Of a DNA stretch of 64,000 bases, positions 1 through 13,777 are shown piece after piece; the first letter of the stretch is position 1; the number at the start of each line of letters is the position of its first letter. Source of the stretch: Tubiluchus corallicola (Eukaryota; Animalia; Priapulida); contig JAQGDQ010000320.1 in the NCBI GenBank assembly GCA_030141605.1, positions 124,001 through 188,000 of the forward strand. Direction: 5' to 3'. Both the position numbers and the translations under genes were made by a program. A model generated the notes under the pieces. The model was not told where the DNA came from. It worked only from the letters and a program-made list of their open reading frames with translations, and ran no database searches.

Positions 1-1703
1 CGACAGCTCATGCGTGAGCACAGTAGTAAATTTGAAATTTGAATTTTTATCTTAACGCTTGTCTAGTTTTAGTACAACACACTGAATATCTTACAGTAGC
101 ACTGTACTTCAATTTTCGCCTTCACAAACACGTTCAACATGCTCGTGGAATATTTTTGCTGTTGAAAATTATGCTAGTTTGCGATGTCATCAATAATTGC
201 GCTCGCCCGCCATTAATTAAGTTTTTAATCTATTATTTTACTATCAGAAACGCTTTTGCAGTATTAACTGTGTTAAAATGCATACTTTTAAAATGTACTT
301 AAAATGTGGACTTGAAAATGGGGTAGTATATGAAAAACCAGATCGTCTTCCTTTAAAGGGAAATAGTAGGCCTACTTAATTTTAGATATGTCTCAAAATG
401 ATCTAAAGTATAAAATTGAAAGGTAAAACATTGTTTTTTTAAATGATTTACATTACAGTACTTATTACAGTGGAAGCATAATTTCATTGTTGTACATTTA
501 TGACATACACACTTCAATGGGAAACAGATGAGATGACTTTTAGCACTGTCAAATCTGCGTTATCATTACAGTACATAATACAGTAAAACAGTACATAATA
601 CAGCATTTTTCAACCGGCTCAAATAAATGTGACAAAAAGGAATCATACGAAAAACGATGACAAAGCTATTGTGTCCATTTTTCACAACTCACAAATCTCA
701 AAACATGTTCACAGAATGCTTAAATCACACCTTTAGTAGATTAATTAAGGAATTTTAAGCTTAAGTGCATAACTTAACACAAAAAGTTTAAATTACTGGC
801 AGGGTTAGACAAGGAAAACATACGTAATTCTACAATTTATGTGCACACGGACACAAGCAGCAAAGCAAGCATTAAGGTACAGCTTATGTTTACAAATATC
901 GATAGTAAATGTTTAGCCACAAACTGATATCTATTTCACCTGGATTAAAGGCTGTTTGATTGTACAGGCTGGTGAGGACGAGAGAACATAATCAGTTTAC
1001 AGTTTTGGTCTAGCTTTTTATGGAAATTTAAATAAAAATGGGGTAGAAGAAGCATTTCAAATAGTAAAAACAATTAAAAAGCTACATTTACTCAGTTAAT
1101 TAATTCACGACGTTTAAAATCCTAAATAAATAACCGAGATCTTTATTAAGTGAAAACAATGTAAACAACACAGAACGAGTTTAAATTACAAGTGAAAATA
1201 ATGGCACGGTAATTAATTTTGGTAACTAAAAGTAAAAGACACCTATTTTAGCATTTCAAATAAAATATTAAGGTATTTCTAAAAGAATATGACTGATAAA
1301 AAACTGTGAAGTCTGAACTAAGATCAAGTCCATGTTGATTTTCAAGAGCAAGTCACTCCAAGAGAGCGAAGATCTCCGACTTTATGATACCAAATTTTGC
1401 TGTTATTGTGGCCTTTGCTACATTATTCATAAATTTTGTTTTACATCAGATTGTGAATGCATGCACAAGGCAGTGATCATATAATTTTTAGTACTGCAAA
1501 ATAAACCTTTATTAGCCACTGTTCGAACACAATTTCGCACTAAATTTATAATACGAAATTACGCAATTTTAGATAAAACTCTGAAATGCCTAAAACAGTA
1601 TGAGTAATTTTCACTTGAGCACATCACACAGCACAGGGCACCTGAAACTCTAAAAATTCTAGTTTCAGCAAAATATGCAATCATGAAACAGACAAACAAA
1701 CAC

Positions 1704-1705
<2 letters not shown>

Positions 1706-1763
<58 letters not shown>

Positions 1764-2015
1764 CTTTATTTAAAGTGGGTTTTTGGGTCAAGAATTAACA
1801 TTGGCTCAAAGAGCTATTATCGCCGACTGTAAATAACAACCTACAACTACATAACAGAGACTATTATCACCCCGCTTTTACCCTAAATATCACGCGTCAG
1901 GCAGAGCAACAGCAGGTACCATTTTTAAAGTCTTTGGTATGACCCGGCCGCTGGTTCGAACTCACGACCTGCCAGACGGAAAGCAGACGCATCACCCTAG
2001 ACTAAACCGTCTGGT
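1706..2015 (-). mobile_element. tRNA-derived SINE with Meta-like core and (ATT)n tail, copy 1
   Basis: B-box GTTCGAACC, CCGGGTCATACCAAAGACTTTAAAAATGGTACC core; second copy at 13333. Confidence 0.8.
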
Positions 2016-3527
2016 TAAACTAAACTTACACTAATTCATAAATGTAAAAGAAGTAAGCCATAATTGCTTTAGTTAATATTGTTGTTATAATTATTATTAT
2101 TAATAATTAATTATTATTGTATGTTTGAGTGTCTGTGTAGTTGTAAATAAATAAAATTCTAGTTTTAGCCTTTACAAATACTGCCAGTCTGCATTTCATC
2201 ACTTTGAGTCTCAGTCAAGTTGCAAAACGTGCACTACAAGTCTGCGCTACATCTATGACGGCTGACACGTATGTTCAAGACTAGTCAAGTAAGTACTAAA
2301 AACACTAAAACTTGTAAAACTTGTCCTGTTCTATCTGATTAGTCAACTTACTCGAGTGAGTTCATTTAAATGAAAAAAATGTGACAGGAAGAACAGAAAG
2401 GGAAAAAGATAAAATGCTTAAAATGGCAGAAATTCCAACACGCCCAAGTTTTTCTAAAAACTGTGTGGAAAATTCAATACTTCAAAACATAATTACATTC
2501 ATTCTATTAAACTTGCAGATCTAGCATTACATTATCAAGTGAAGCACATTTTCACAATTTTAAATCTTTTAGTGAGCATAGCAGGCAATATGTGTTCTGT
2601 AGAACACTTCCTACTGTGAATTTGGCTTCAGCATCTGCAGGTTGCAGTCTTCCCGCAGGAGGGCTTAAAACATTTTTGTTAATGTTAATTATCAGTAGGT
2701 AACAGATTACAAATTTCTTGTACTGAGCTAGATGGGATTTACTTGAGACCCTACCATTGCTGTGCAGCAGTTATTGATAACTCTACCTGTTTGCCCCGTT
2801 AATGATCTTTGGTCTCGAAAGTTCTCCAAAAGTTGCACAATACCAAAATTCTCAAGGTTACCTCAAGTGTGGGTATGAGTGGCTTAAACTCAAACCAACA
2901 AATGCTACGTGACAGTAATAAGTCCCTAGACTGACAAAGTCAGGGATCCTAAAAAGAGTTAGAGAAATCACAGCTTTCTTGATTTATCTAGGTCTATCAA
3001 GATACAAGTTCTTTACTGCAGGAATAATCTTGGACAAAATAACACCTCAAGGGTGTTACAAATTAAAAGCAATTCTTTTTAGACATCAACTGAAAGCAAT
3101 ACATCAGCAAACTGTAATAATGATACAGACTTCCACACTTCGAGCTGAATAATTACATCAGTAAAATTTAAGTTGTTTTTATGTTGATCACAAATTTTGT
3201 CTTATGATAGTGTAACATCAGGTTTACTCCGAAAAAAAATTAATTCAAGTTTCAAGATAATTAACAGTTAGTTTAAAATTTTTTTAGTTCCAAACATATT
3301 TTCCTTCAAGAGAACGGAAATGAAATATAGTGTTGTGATTATGGGCTAAGCAATTAACACCTAATATTTTCTTAAAAAGTCATCGTCAATTAATCGCCCT
3401 TTCTCTAATAGTAATACTAACAATTTATTTTTGCCATGTAATTGTTTTTGCGTGTATTACAAGAAATAAATAAAATTATCTACCTGTCTATCTAAAGATT
3501 TAAACTTTGTAAAGGTGATATACTACC

Positions 3528-3924
3528 TTATGGACTTTTCTAATCCTTCTTGTAACCGCGAGGAACTACTGGAATCGGATTCAATGGCCACAACACTCGG
3601 TCCAGGCCGAACAGCTGATTCCAGGGTTGGTTCAACCTTAACAGCCTCGCTTTGAGATCCCTTGTTTTCATGAACCAAAACATCGGCTTTTCTCTTAGAT
3701 TTCTCGCTGGCTGCCTTATCAAACTTTACAGAGTTAGATGAATAGGAAACAGGGTCATTACTTCTGCTACTTCCAAGAAGTTTTACATCATCCTCCATCT
3801 CGTATAAGCGTATTTTTGGAAATATACACAAGAAAACCCGTTCTAGTGTTTCCTTCCATGTCAATAGTGATGATGACGAAGAAACAAGCATTTCGTTTTC
3901 ATCGATGGGCAAGTCACAGTTCAA
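3528..3924 (-). CDS. Probable first coding exon of an unidentified head-to-head gene (start uncertain, possibly MEDDVKLL.. near 3798)
   Basis: 133-codon open frame of protein-like S/E/K-rich composition ending at an AG|gtagta donor; phase-compatible candidate downstream exons at 2948-2862 and 1417-1342; no family recognised. Confidence 0.5.
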
Positions 3925-4113
3925 AACTGATAATGATAATCCCTGAAAAATACTAACTGCTATTTTTGCACTTGCTGCAGCGGGACGACTGCAAAAAATG
4001 TTAGTAAATGTTTTTACTGCTGTTTAATATTGTATTTATGCTTTTGCTGCCTTTAGGGCCAGCTATCTTATTATTTATATCTATGGTTTTACTGTAGTTG
4101 GAGAACTTATAAC

Positions 4114-4142
4114 AGATGGCGCCAAGACGTAATTTTCCCGCC
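4114..4142 (+). promoter_or_regulatory. Candidate bidirectional promoter core: YY1-like AGATGGCG and E2F-type TTTTCCCGCC
   Basis: Motifs seen between the two divergent genes, ~50 nt before a gtgagt donor (4187) that could end a non-coding TIMELESS first exon. Confidence 0.5.
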
Positions 4143-4667
4143 ACTAATTAAAGAATCGGTCGTGCAGAGAAAATTATTAAAGTTCAGTGAGTCAAGTAAT
4201 TAGTTGTTTTACTAGTTTTCCTGTGTCAGGATAAAAATAATGGAGTTGATATTAATAATTTTTATGCTGTTTTTCTTTTACTAGCTAAATCTTCACCAAA
4301 CATTGATATATCGGCACAGGAAGGTTAAGGAACTAGTTATTTACTATTATATATAGTATAAATAGTATAGTACAGGTACTGCAGTATCTATCACAGTTCA
4401 ATGTGAAAGGCGAAAATGGGCAAAAAATCTCTAAAATTTAATGACAGCACCTAATGTGTTTTTCAGAAGAACTGTGAGGTAAAACATGTTGTAGCAATGT
4501 ACACGGTTAACTATATGCACGACTCAGTATGGCCGGGTTTTACTAAATGTTGTAGGCACTAAAAGGCACACTACATGTCTTTACAGTGAATTAGACTAAC
4601 TCATGCCATGGTATTTTTTGCAGGAGTGCCTCACGCAGTGAAGTTCGGAAGCTGAGCTGACATAAAG

Positions 4668-4755
4668 ATGGAAGCTGAGCTTCAAGCTGCTTGCAATTAT
4701 CTTGGCTTTTATGACGTTGAGAAAAATACTTATAACAAAGAACCTGATTGCTTAG
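4668..4755 (+). CDS. TIMELESS: TIMELESS coding exon 1 ([29 protein letters not shown])
   Basis: ATG at 4668, donor gtagga; acceptor tttttgcag at 4623 implies an upstream non-coding exon. Confidence 0.93.
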
Positions 4756-7700
4756 GTAGGATACCACAGCCCACTGATATTTTCTTCTGACACGACTGTT
4801 TTTAGTGGAAGCTGTTTTACTACTGTAGTCCTGCATAGTTACATGTTGCATAAACACTAGGCACTCATTAATTAGCGAGCTTTGCATAGCTTTTTGAGCA
4901 AGCGTAAGTTGTAATGCTATAAGTGGTATATGTTGTTTTTTGCAATGGATAAGGGCTGTGAGCTTTTTGGGTGAAAGTCAAATATGTTCATTCCTTGCAA
5001 GTTATGCCCTAAAATATGCATTTAGTACATTGTCTACTTGTCATTTTCCTAAACTTTTGACGTAATCATATACACCATAAACATAGTGAGTGGTTATTTT
5101 AATAAAAAATTTAACGATAAATCATGTCCATCTTAGAGACAATAAAAGATTTGATTCGTTACTTGAAACGAGAGGACAACACTTGCGACATCCGGCGGCA
5201 GCTTGGAGAAACGCAGATCGTGGAGAATGACTTAGTGCACATTGTGACGAATTATAAGGATGAACTGATGCTGTTTGATGCTACGCTTAGGTAAATATCA
5301 AATAATTTATTTATTATGTCTGCCTTGTAAGCAGAAGGTACCAGGTTCAAATCCATGGGTGTTCAAACTTTTCACATTTCCTGTTTTTTTTGTTTTTGTT
5401 TGTTTGTTTGTTAGTGGCAGTAAATCCATTATTATTATTATTATTATTGGGACAGGGATGTTGGCTTTCTGCCAAAGTTTTTGTCTCCTAAACATGCGAG
5501 TGGCATTCACCACATGGTCATTACCGTGGACATAGGATAACTGACTAGCATTTTATTATTCGAATAAAGTAGTAAACAATATTTTTTTGAAGTTTCGAAT
5601 AATCGATTCTTCGTGCACTTACGTATCGGTAATACTACAACTGTTCTACTTTCATGCCAAATAGTTTTGCAGTCGAGGTGCAAAGCCGCATGGTTGCTTG
5701 GCAACTGAGGTTGAGCATGGTACCTTGTTCAGTGAATAGATGAATTACCACATTTAATACTTATTCACTCTCGAATTGCTTTAATCACATAATTTGCCGT
5801 GCTGATTCTGGATGTTTACCCGGCAGAGGTTTTACTCTTAAATTCACATCCAAAAGCAGCTAAGATACCACTGCCTGTTAAGCGGCCCATCTTCAAGTCC
5901 TAGAGGGTTAGTTTTGCAATGTGAATCAGTTTCAGGCCTCATCACTAATTGGGTAGAGCCTGCAATGTGAATCAGTTTCAGGCCTCACCACTAATTGGGT
6001 AGACCCTGCAATGTGAATCAATTTCAGGCCTCACCACTAATTGGGTAGAGCCTGCAATGTGAATCAGTTTCAGGCCTCATCGCTAATTGGGTAGACCCTG
6101 CAATGTGAATCAGTTTCAGGCCTCGTCACTAATTGGGTAGAGCCTGCAATGTGAATCAGTTTCAGGCCTCACCGCTAATTGAGTAGACCCAGCAATGTGA
6201 ATCAGTTTCAGGCCTCACCGCTAATTGAGTAGACCCAGCAATGTGAATCAGTTTCAGGCCTCACCACTAATTGGGTAGACCCTGCAATGTGAATCAGTTT
6301 CAGGCCTCACCACTAATTGGGTAGACCCTGCAATGTGAATCAGTTTTAGGCCTCACCACTAATTGGGTAGACCCTGCAATATGAATCAGTTTCAGGCCTC
6401 ACCACTAATTGGGTAGACCCTGCAATGTGAATCAGTTTCAGGCCTCACCACTAATTGGGTAGACCCTGCAATGTGAATCAGTTTCAGGCCTCACCGCTAA
6501 TTGGGTAAACCCTGCAATATGAATCAGTTTCAGGCCTCACCACTAATTGGGTAGACCCTGCAATGTGAATCAGTTTCAGGCCTCACCACTAATTGGGTAG
6601 ACCCTGCAATGTGAATCAGTTTCAGGCCTCACCACTAATTGGGTAGACCCAGCAATGTGACTCAGTTTCAGGCCTCATCACTAATTGGGTAGACCCTGCT
6701 GTTGTCTGAGCTGAATTCTGGCTTGCATTGCACTGCGTATTCTATAAGTCTGCTTATTCATCATTTGGCTGGTCATGGGAACAGATAGACTCATGCACTT
6801 TCATTTATGCTAGAATTATGTGATGTAGAATTGAAATTTGTTAATGTAAACATTGTATGTTTTCAACATTAGATAATGTTTATATTTTACTTTTACAGGT
6901 TGCTCGTTAATCTCACCCAACCCGCCTATTTATGTTTTAATGGCAGTGTCCCGCAGGATACAACGACTCGGAAACACTACCTGGAAATCGAGTCATATCT
7001 CGTCTCTTATAAAGAGGTCTGTTTCGCTCTTTGAGCTACAGAATCAGCTGCTGCTTTAAGATTAGTTTATAATTTATCCATTTTTTTCTATAACAATAAT
7101 ATTTTTAATTTTTGGAAGAGTGTGTATAATGAAATAAACACTTAATGCAATAGTTCCACCGCATCGCATGCTTTGAAAAAAAATTTATTTTGCAGACAAA
7201 ATTTAATTAATTAAATTAATCAGACATCCGTGTTTGTCAGCTTGCATTGAATTTCATAGTCTCATTTCAGAAAAAGGTGGAGGTTTCTATGCATTTTTTG
7301 ATTGTGCCGTCCACATCTTTCAAACTGTTGTTCATCTTATTGGAAAGAATCAAGCATTACTGTACGACTTTCGGTCTCTTGGTTTCTTTCATCCTGCAGT
7401 TGATTTTTTAGGAGAACAGGACCCCGTCTTAAAGTATAGCTCAACACATTTAGGAAATGAATTGTACAAAAAACAATTCAGAAGTGTTTGTTAGCGCACA
7501 TGTTCCACAGCTCGTAACTGTAAACTCGAATTTTTAATTCTAAACTTAAAATTTGCAGAGTTTTATATATCTCAATGAGTGTTGTACAGTAGTAGTGTAC
7601 TTCAGTTTTCAAACACGTGCAACATGCTGCTGTTGAAAGTTATGTTCAATTATGATATCATTACTAGTTGGGCTCGCCCGCCATTAATTAAGTCTTTTAC

Positions 7701-8688
7701 TTATTATTTCGTTATCAGAAATGATTTGGCATTATTATAGGTGTTAAAATGTATACTTTTTACCATACTTCAAAATGGGATATGAAAAATCATCCTGTTT
7801 TCCTTTAAAATGCTTGATTTTCATCCTCAAACAATTGAATATAACCTCCTTTCGTGTTGATTAGTGGAGACTTTACGATGTGTCTTGAGTATATTCTTGT
7901 ATTGGCTTTGTACAGAACTGAAATGCGTTGCGACTCTAAGGGTGATTTACTTAGTGCAAATACATTTTTTGTACTCATTGTTTTGTCCAGTTTGTCTGTA
8001 TGTCTGTAACTCATAACCTCAAAAAAAATGATGAACACTTTGGTACATGTTGATTTCCTTTTTTACTGTGCTCAAAAAAAGAAGTGAAGGCGGTGTAGAG
8101 GGGGGTGGGTTTCAAATATGAAATACAGTCTGAAATAATAAAAGTAAAAAGCAACATTTAGAACTTAATAATTTGCTTAGTTTAACACACTACAACAAAA
8201 ATTAAATTTAAAGCACTAACCTCAGTTTAGTAAATCAAAAAACCACAAAATATAATTTGAAGCAAACATACCTTAACAAACTACATTATGAAATTTGAAA
8301 TCTGAACTTTACCAGCAGACTATGAAACCTGAATTACTACTGCTCAACATACAATAGCCAGGACTCCTGTTACACCTCATTAACTCTAGTTGAAACCCAG
8401 TAAATGGTTTGTAAATATATAGTACAGTAAACAGCTTAAGAAATAGGTATATTATTTTTACGGGCAAACAACCAAAAGATGGCAGCACCTCGCTAAGATA
8501 CTACAACTTTCTGCTAAGTCTAAGTCTAAAAAAACATTAATTATGGCACAACTGCGTAACAAAATGCATTTTATCAAATTGTTTCCTTAACAATTCGCTC
8601 ATTAAGTAACTTAGCACAACTGTCTGTAATGTGCTGTAACAGTTTTGTTGGCTGTTTGTAAAAGTAAGTACTTACTTACTCACAAACA

Positions 8689-8732
<44 letters not shown>

Positions 8733-11700
8733 CACAAACATACTTACGTACTTACTCACAAACATACTTAATTACTTACTTACTTACTTACTCACTCACA
8801 AACATACTTAATTACTTACTTACTCACAAACATACTTACTTACTTACTTACTCACAAACATACTTACTTACATACTTACTTACTTTCTCACTCACTCCAA
8901 TGCTCTATCACTCATTCACTCACTCACTCACTTGCGCACTCACGCACTCACTTTTTATTTCTTACTTACTTACGTACTTGCTTGCTTGCCTGCTTGCTTG
9001 CTTGCTTACTTACTTGCTCGTTTGCCTGCTTGCTTACTTGCTTGCTTGCCTGCTTGCTTGCTTGCTTGCTTACTTACAAACTCCCTGATTTCAAGTTTAT
9101 GCTAATTTTTTCCTTGTCTGTAGTTGGCTTCTATGATGACTTTCTGTAATGGCTTTCTATGAAAATCACAAATTTTGATTTTTGTTTTCAGGCATTTGCA
9201 AGCGAAGCCGTGTTTTCGGTGTTTGCAGAAAAACTGCGAGGTATTTTAGAAAAGGTACGAATACTTGAGACGTTCCTCGAGCAGTTTTTGTGTAACAGGT
9301 TTTGTTTTTAGTTGTTGATATAGGGCTGTAACGATGATATGCCTAGGCCACGATACTAAGCACACGATACGATACGTATCACGATAGACTTGAGTTAACA
9401 TTTACAGGTTTTATAAAAAAAACTAGCCGAAACTGTTTTTGATAAATGCTAAACATATTTGTCAATCAGCACTTAGGATTGCTAAATGCTAAAATAACTC
9501 GACAGACTATTTGACTTTATTTATTACTTTGTGTAATGTCTACACCAGGGGGGGTGCAAATTATCTGACTAGCCGGGCCACATTAAACTGTCCCACAATT
9601 CCTGCGGGCCACAGGCAGTTTGATCAAGGAGCCAAGTACAGAAAGGCCTAATAACGATTTTTTTTGCATCCGACCTGCGTACATCATTACTACTACACTC
9701 AAGAAACTATTTTAGAAGTTATTAAAATTTATATTACAAACCATATATTTCTACTTTCAGGACAGATAGTGGTAATTTCATTACAATGCATATTACTAAT
9801 GTGTATCACACAGTCTGTGTAGTACATTGACATTAAGCTACAACCGTCTTGTAAGGGTTAATGGCATCCGATCTAGTAGAAAAAACTACCCGCACTATCT
9901 TTGGGATTGTGGCACGGACTTCAGCTGGATACACTCAATTAATCGCCCGGGCCGCACTTTCATTAGATTGACAAATCTCTTCGCGGGCTGCACAAATTCT
10001 CTCGGCGGGCCGCAAGTGGCCCGCGCGCCGCAATTTGCACACCCCTGGTGTAGGCTATCGTTTGTTTTGCAACCCGCCAGAAGAGCAAAATATATCAATA
10101 CTTTAGGTTAAAAGTTGCTTGTGCATTTTCTGGTTCACTTTTGCGATTTCGCGAGTTTATATGTAAACAACATTAGCTTACTACTGATTAAACACTTCAC
10201 CTGCTTTAGCTGCTAGCAGTGCTTGCGTCGAATCAACTGCTTTAGCTGCTAGCAGTGCTTGCGTCGAATCAACTGCTTTAGCTGCTAGCAGTGCTTGCGT
10301 CGAATCAACTGCTTTAGCTGCTAGCAGTGCTTGCGTCGAATCAACTGCTTTAGCTGCTAGCAGTGCTTGCGTCGAATCAACTGCTTTAGCTGCTAGCAGT
10401 GCTTGCGTCGAATCAACTGCTTTAGCTGCTAGCAGTGCTTGCGTCGAATCAACTGCTTTAGCTGCTAGCAGTGCTTGCGTCGAATCAACTGCTTTAGCTG
10501 CTAGCAGTGCTTGCGTCGAATCAACTGCTTTAGCTGCTAGCAGTGCTTGCGTCGAATCAACTGCTTTAGCTGCTAGCAGTGCTTGCGTCGAATCAACTGC
10601 TTTAGCTGCTAGCAGTGCTTGCGTCGAATCAACTGCTTTAGCTGCTAGCAGTGCTTGCGTCGAATCAACTGCTTTAGCTGCTAGCAGTGCTTGCGTCGAA
10701 TCAACTGCTTTAGCTGCTAGCAGTGCTTGCGTCGAATCAACTGCTTTAGCTGCTAGCAGTGCTTGCGTCGAAACAACTGCTTTAGCTGCTAGCTGTGCTT
10801 GCGTCGAATCAACTGCTTTAGCTGCTAGCAGTGCTTGCGTCGAATCAACTGTTTTAGCTGCTAGCAGTGCTTGCGTCGAATCAACTGCTTATCAATGCTC
10901 TCATTGATACGTATCTGCAGTACATTTTACAGCTGCAACTTGAATTACTTCATATTGTTTTTACCAACATACCGCTGCACATGGTCAAGTTTATTTGCTG
11001 GATATCATTGACTCAGATTATCACGATGTTAGTGCACCTTGGCCATACGGATATCGTAATTAACGTTGCCACGATGCATCGATAGATCAGTATGTCGTCA
11101 CAGGACTAATTGCTGATCGAAAGATTTTTTCATTGTTGATCGGAGGAACTTTATTTAGGGCTGCTTCATTGAGCTCCATGAACAGCGTGTTGGTTTGAGG
11201 AAACCAGAGAACGAAGCCCCGAAACCTTGTTCACGTTTTGTTAGCTTATTGAGCACCGATAATGTTTAATTTTGTTTGTACATAATAGTTTCTCTGCATA
11301 TTTAGCTGCGTACAAACACATACTTGAAATTCTTTTTCGTGCATTTTAGTAAAAGCGTACTATGAACGGCACGTAACATTACGAATGATATATTGTAGGC
11401 GTGGGAGTATAAAGAAGACGACGACACCCTGGTGGCGGAGAGGATTCTCATCCTCATTAGAAACATTCTTCATGTTGCTAGCCACCCGGAGGCTGAACAG
11501 AGGACAGATGATGATGTTAGCATCCACGACCAAGTACTGTGGTAAATGTAGTAGCTTGAACTTTTTTGAAAAAGAATTCATGTTATTTCAATTAACATTG
11601 TAGCTATATCACGTTTTCGTTGTGAAATGCTTAAGTGTAATTATGTATCTGACTTCGAAAATCAAACTTGACCCCCTTGAACATTGTGAAAGTCATGTTT

Positions 11701-13589
11701 AAAGTTGTAGATCGCTCACATTGTAGAACAAGAATAAAAAACCATACTGCATATTTGCACAGAAAAGTGTTTATTAAACTACATACACATATGTAGAATG
11801 ACTGCTGCACTGAACACTGAGAACAAGAGTGTCCTGCACTGCATTGAGAGTGAGACAGACAGTGACTAGAAAGTAAATCCAGTCAGTATATATAGGTATA
11901 GGTGACTATGCAAACTTGGCTTCACAAAAACCATTACTGTAAAATAGGGAGAGATCCAGTGAATATGCATATTCACTGGACCGAACAATTACACTGGGGG
12001 TGAGTTTAGCTAGTAAAATGTAAAAGGATTAGTTAATAGATGGCAGCACCTAAAAATATACAATTACAATTTCCACAATGGTGCTAGGATTCGGCTTTTC
12101 TTAATTTTGGATGTGTGGTGTGTGCATCGGTATTTTTTCCGCTTCACTATGACTAGGTTCTCGGGGGGGGGGGGGGGGTGACACGTGCTCACGGCAGGTC
12201 GGGATCCTAGACAGAAAGATTGATCCACTTTAATTGCTCTCGGGAGAAGTTGTCATTAATTACCATGATAAGCGTTCTGTTCTTTATTCTCTGACTTCTG
12301 CATTTGCTGCCTCGAATTGTAACTCCACCTAAAACCTCACGAGTCAACAAACTGCAAAGCAGTTACAATTATATCTCAACTTTTTGCTGACTTTATCATA
12401 AGATTTTGTTTTTGTGAATAGACCAATCTTTCACTTATTGTAACAAAAACTCATACGTATGCATGTTTGGGCTTTACGGTGACAAACAAAGTCATCATTT
12501 TGCTCAGCATAACTGTTTGTTGTTTGTGTACCATTTTCACGTCACATGCCCCTTAGTCATTTACTTCATCATATCTGACACTGTGACACCATTACCCAAA
12601 ATATTACATTTTATCTGAAACAAGATATATAAATTCCTTTAATAAACTAACTCATTTCTATCAAAAGGTCGATTAGGATTACGTGAAATTAATGAGAGAC
12701 TTACAGTAAATAAAATAAATGACTAAATAAAATTTACATACATCGTTGGCATTAAATCGTGAGTTCACAGAAACACGTCATCACATGAACACCTTGAAAC
12801 TTAAATGACCGGAAATTGACTAGGATGCAAATATTGAGGCCAGATGTCGCCACTTGTAACTGTAAAACGCTATATTAAATTTAACAAACAAAAATCCTTG
12901 ACAATGCATAAGTGACAGTTGAGCAAGTTAAAGCTCTTGTTTGGGGTAAATCAATTTCTGATTTTTATTTATAGTTGATAATTTTTATTTGCTTTCTTTT
13001 ATTGCTTGGGTGGCTTTTGTGAATACATGTGTAACTTCATTCACATTTCTCTAATTTTGTCATTATATTAATTTTTAGGGCTATGCATTTATCAGGCATG
13101 GAAGACTTGTTATTATATATAGGCAGCTCAGATGAAGAGCGTACCTTTGCACTTCATGCACTGGAGATCATATCACTTATGTTTCGCGATCAGGTAGTAG
13201 AAAGTTTAATAGCTATATCAATATAATATTAGTTAATAAGCAAGTCAATGTTTCTTTTGATTCATCTCACATTATAGAGTCGCTCCAAGCAGATTATTTT
13301 TTTGCTCCATGGTTGGTTGATTGCGTAGAGTTGACCAGGCGGTTTAGTCTTGGGGGGTAATGCGTCTGCTTTCCGTCTGGGGAGGTCGTGAGTTCGAACC
13401 AGCGGCCGGGTTATACCAAAGACTTTAAAAATGGTACCTGCTGTTACCCTGCCTGACGCGTGGTATTCAGGGTAAAAGTGGGGTAATAATAGTCTCTATT
13501 ATGTAGTTGTATGTTGTTATTTACAGTCGGCGATAATAGCTCTTTGAGCTAATGTTAATTGTTGACCCAAAAGCCGACTTTAAATGAAG

Positions 13590-13639
<50 letters not shown>

Positions 13640-13726
13640 GATTATGATTATGATTATGATTATGATTATGATTATGATTATGATTATGATTATGATTATG
13701 ATTATGATTATGATTATGATTATGAT

Positions 13727-13777
<51 letters not shown>

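Larger units (their letters stand above)
9321..11108. mobile_element. Older hAT-like non-autonomous element hosting MITE A and a 36-bp array
   Basis: Imperfect TIRs TAGGGCTGTAACGAT / GTCGTCACAGGACTA; ACGATA subterminal repeats at both ends. Confidence 0.55.

Noticed and set aside
9827-10111. Recurrent [16 protein letters not shown].. (also 54077, 58028)
   Set aside because: Lies in MITE family A copies; no transposase similarity and variable ends.
10201-10890. 36-bp repeats with a palindrome as a CRISPR array (also the 33-, 34-, 43- and 46-bp arrays)
   Set aside because: Units are head-to-tail with no unique spacers, there are no cas genes, and the context is a eukaryotic intron.
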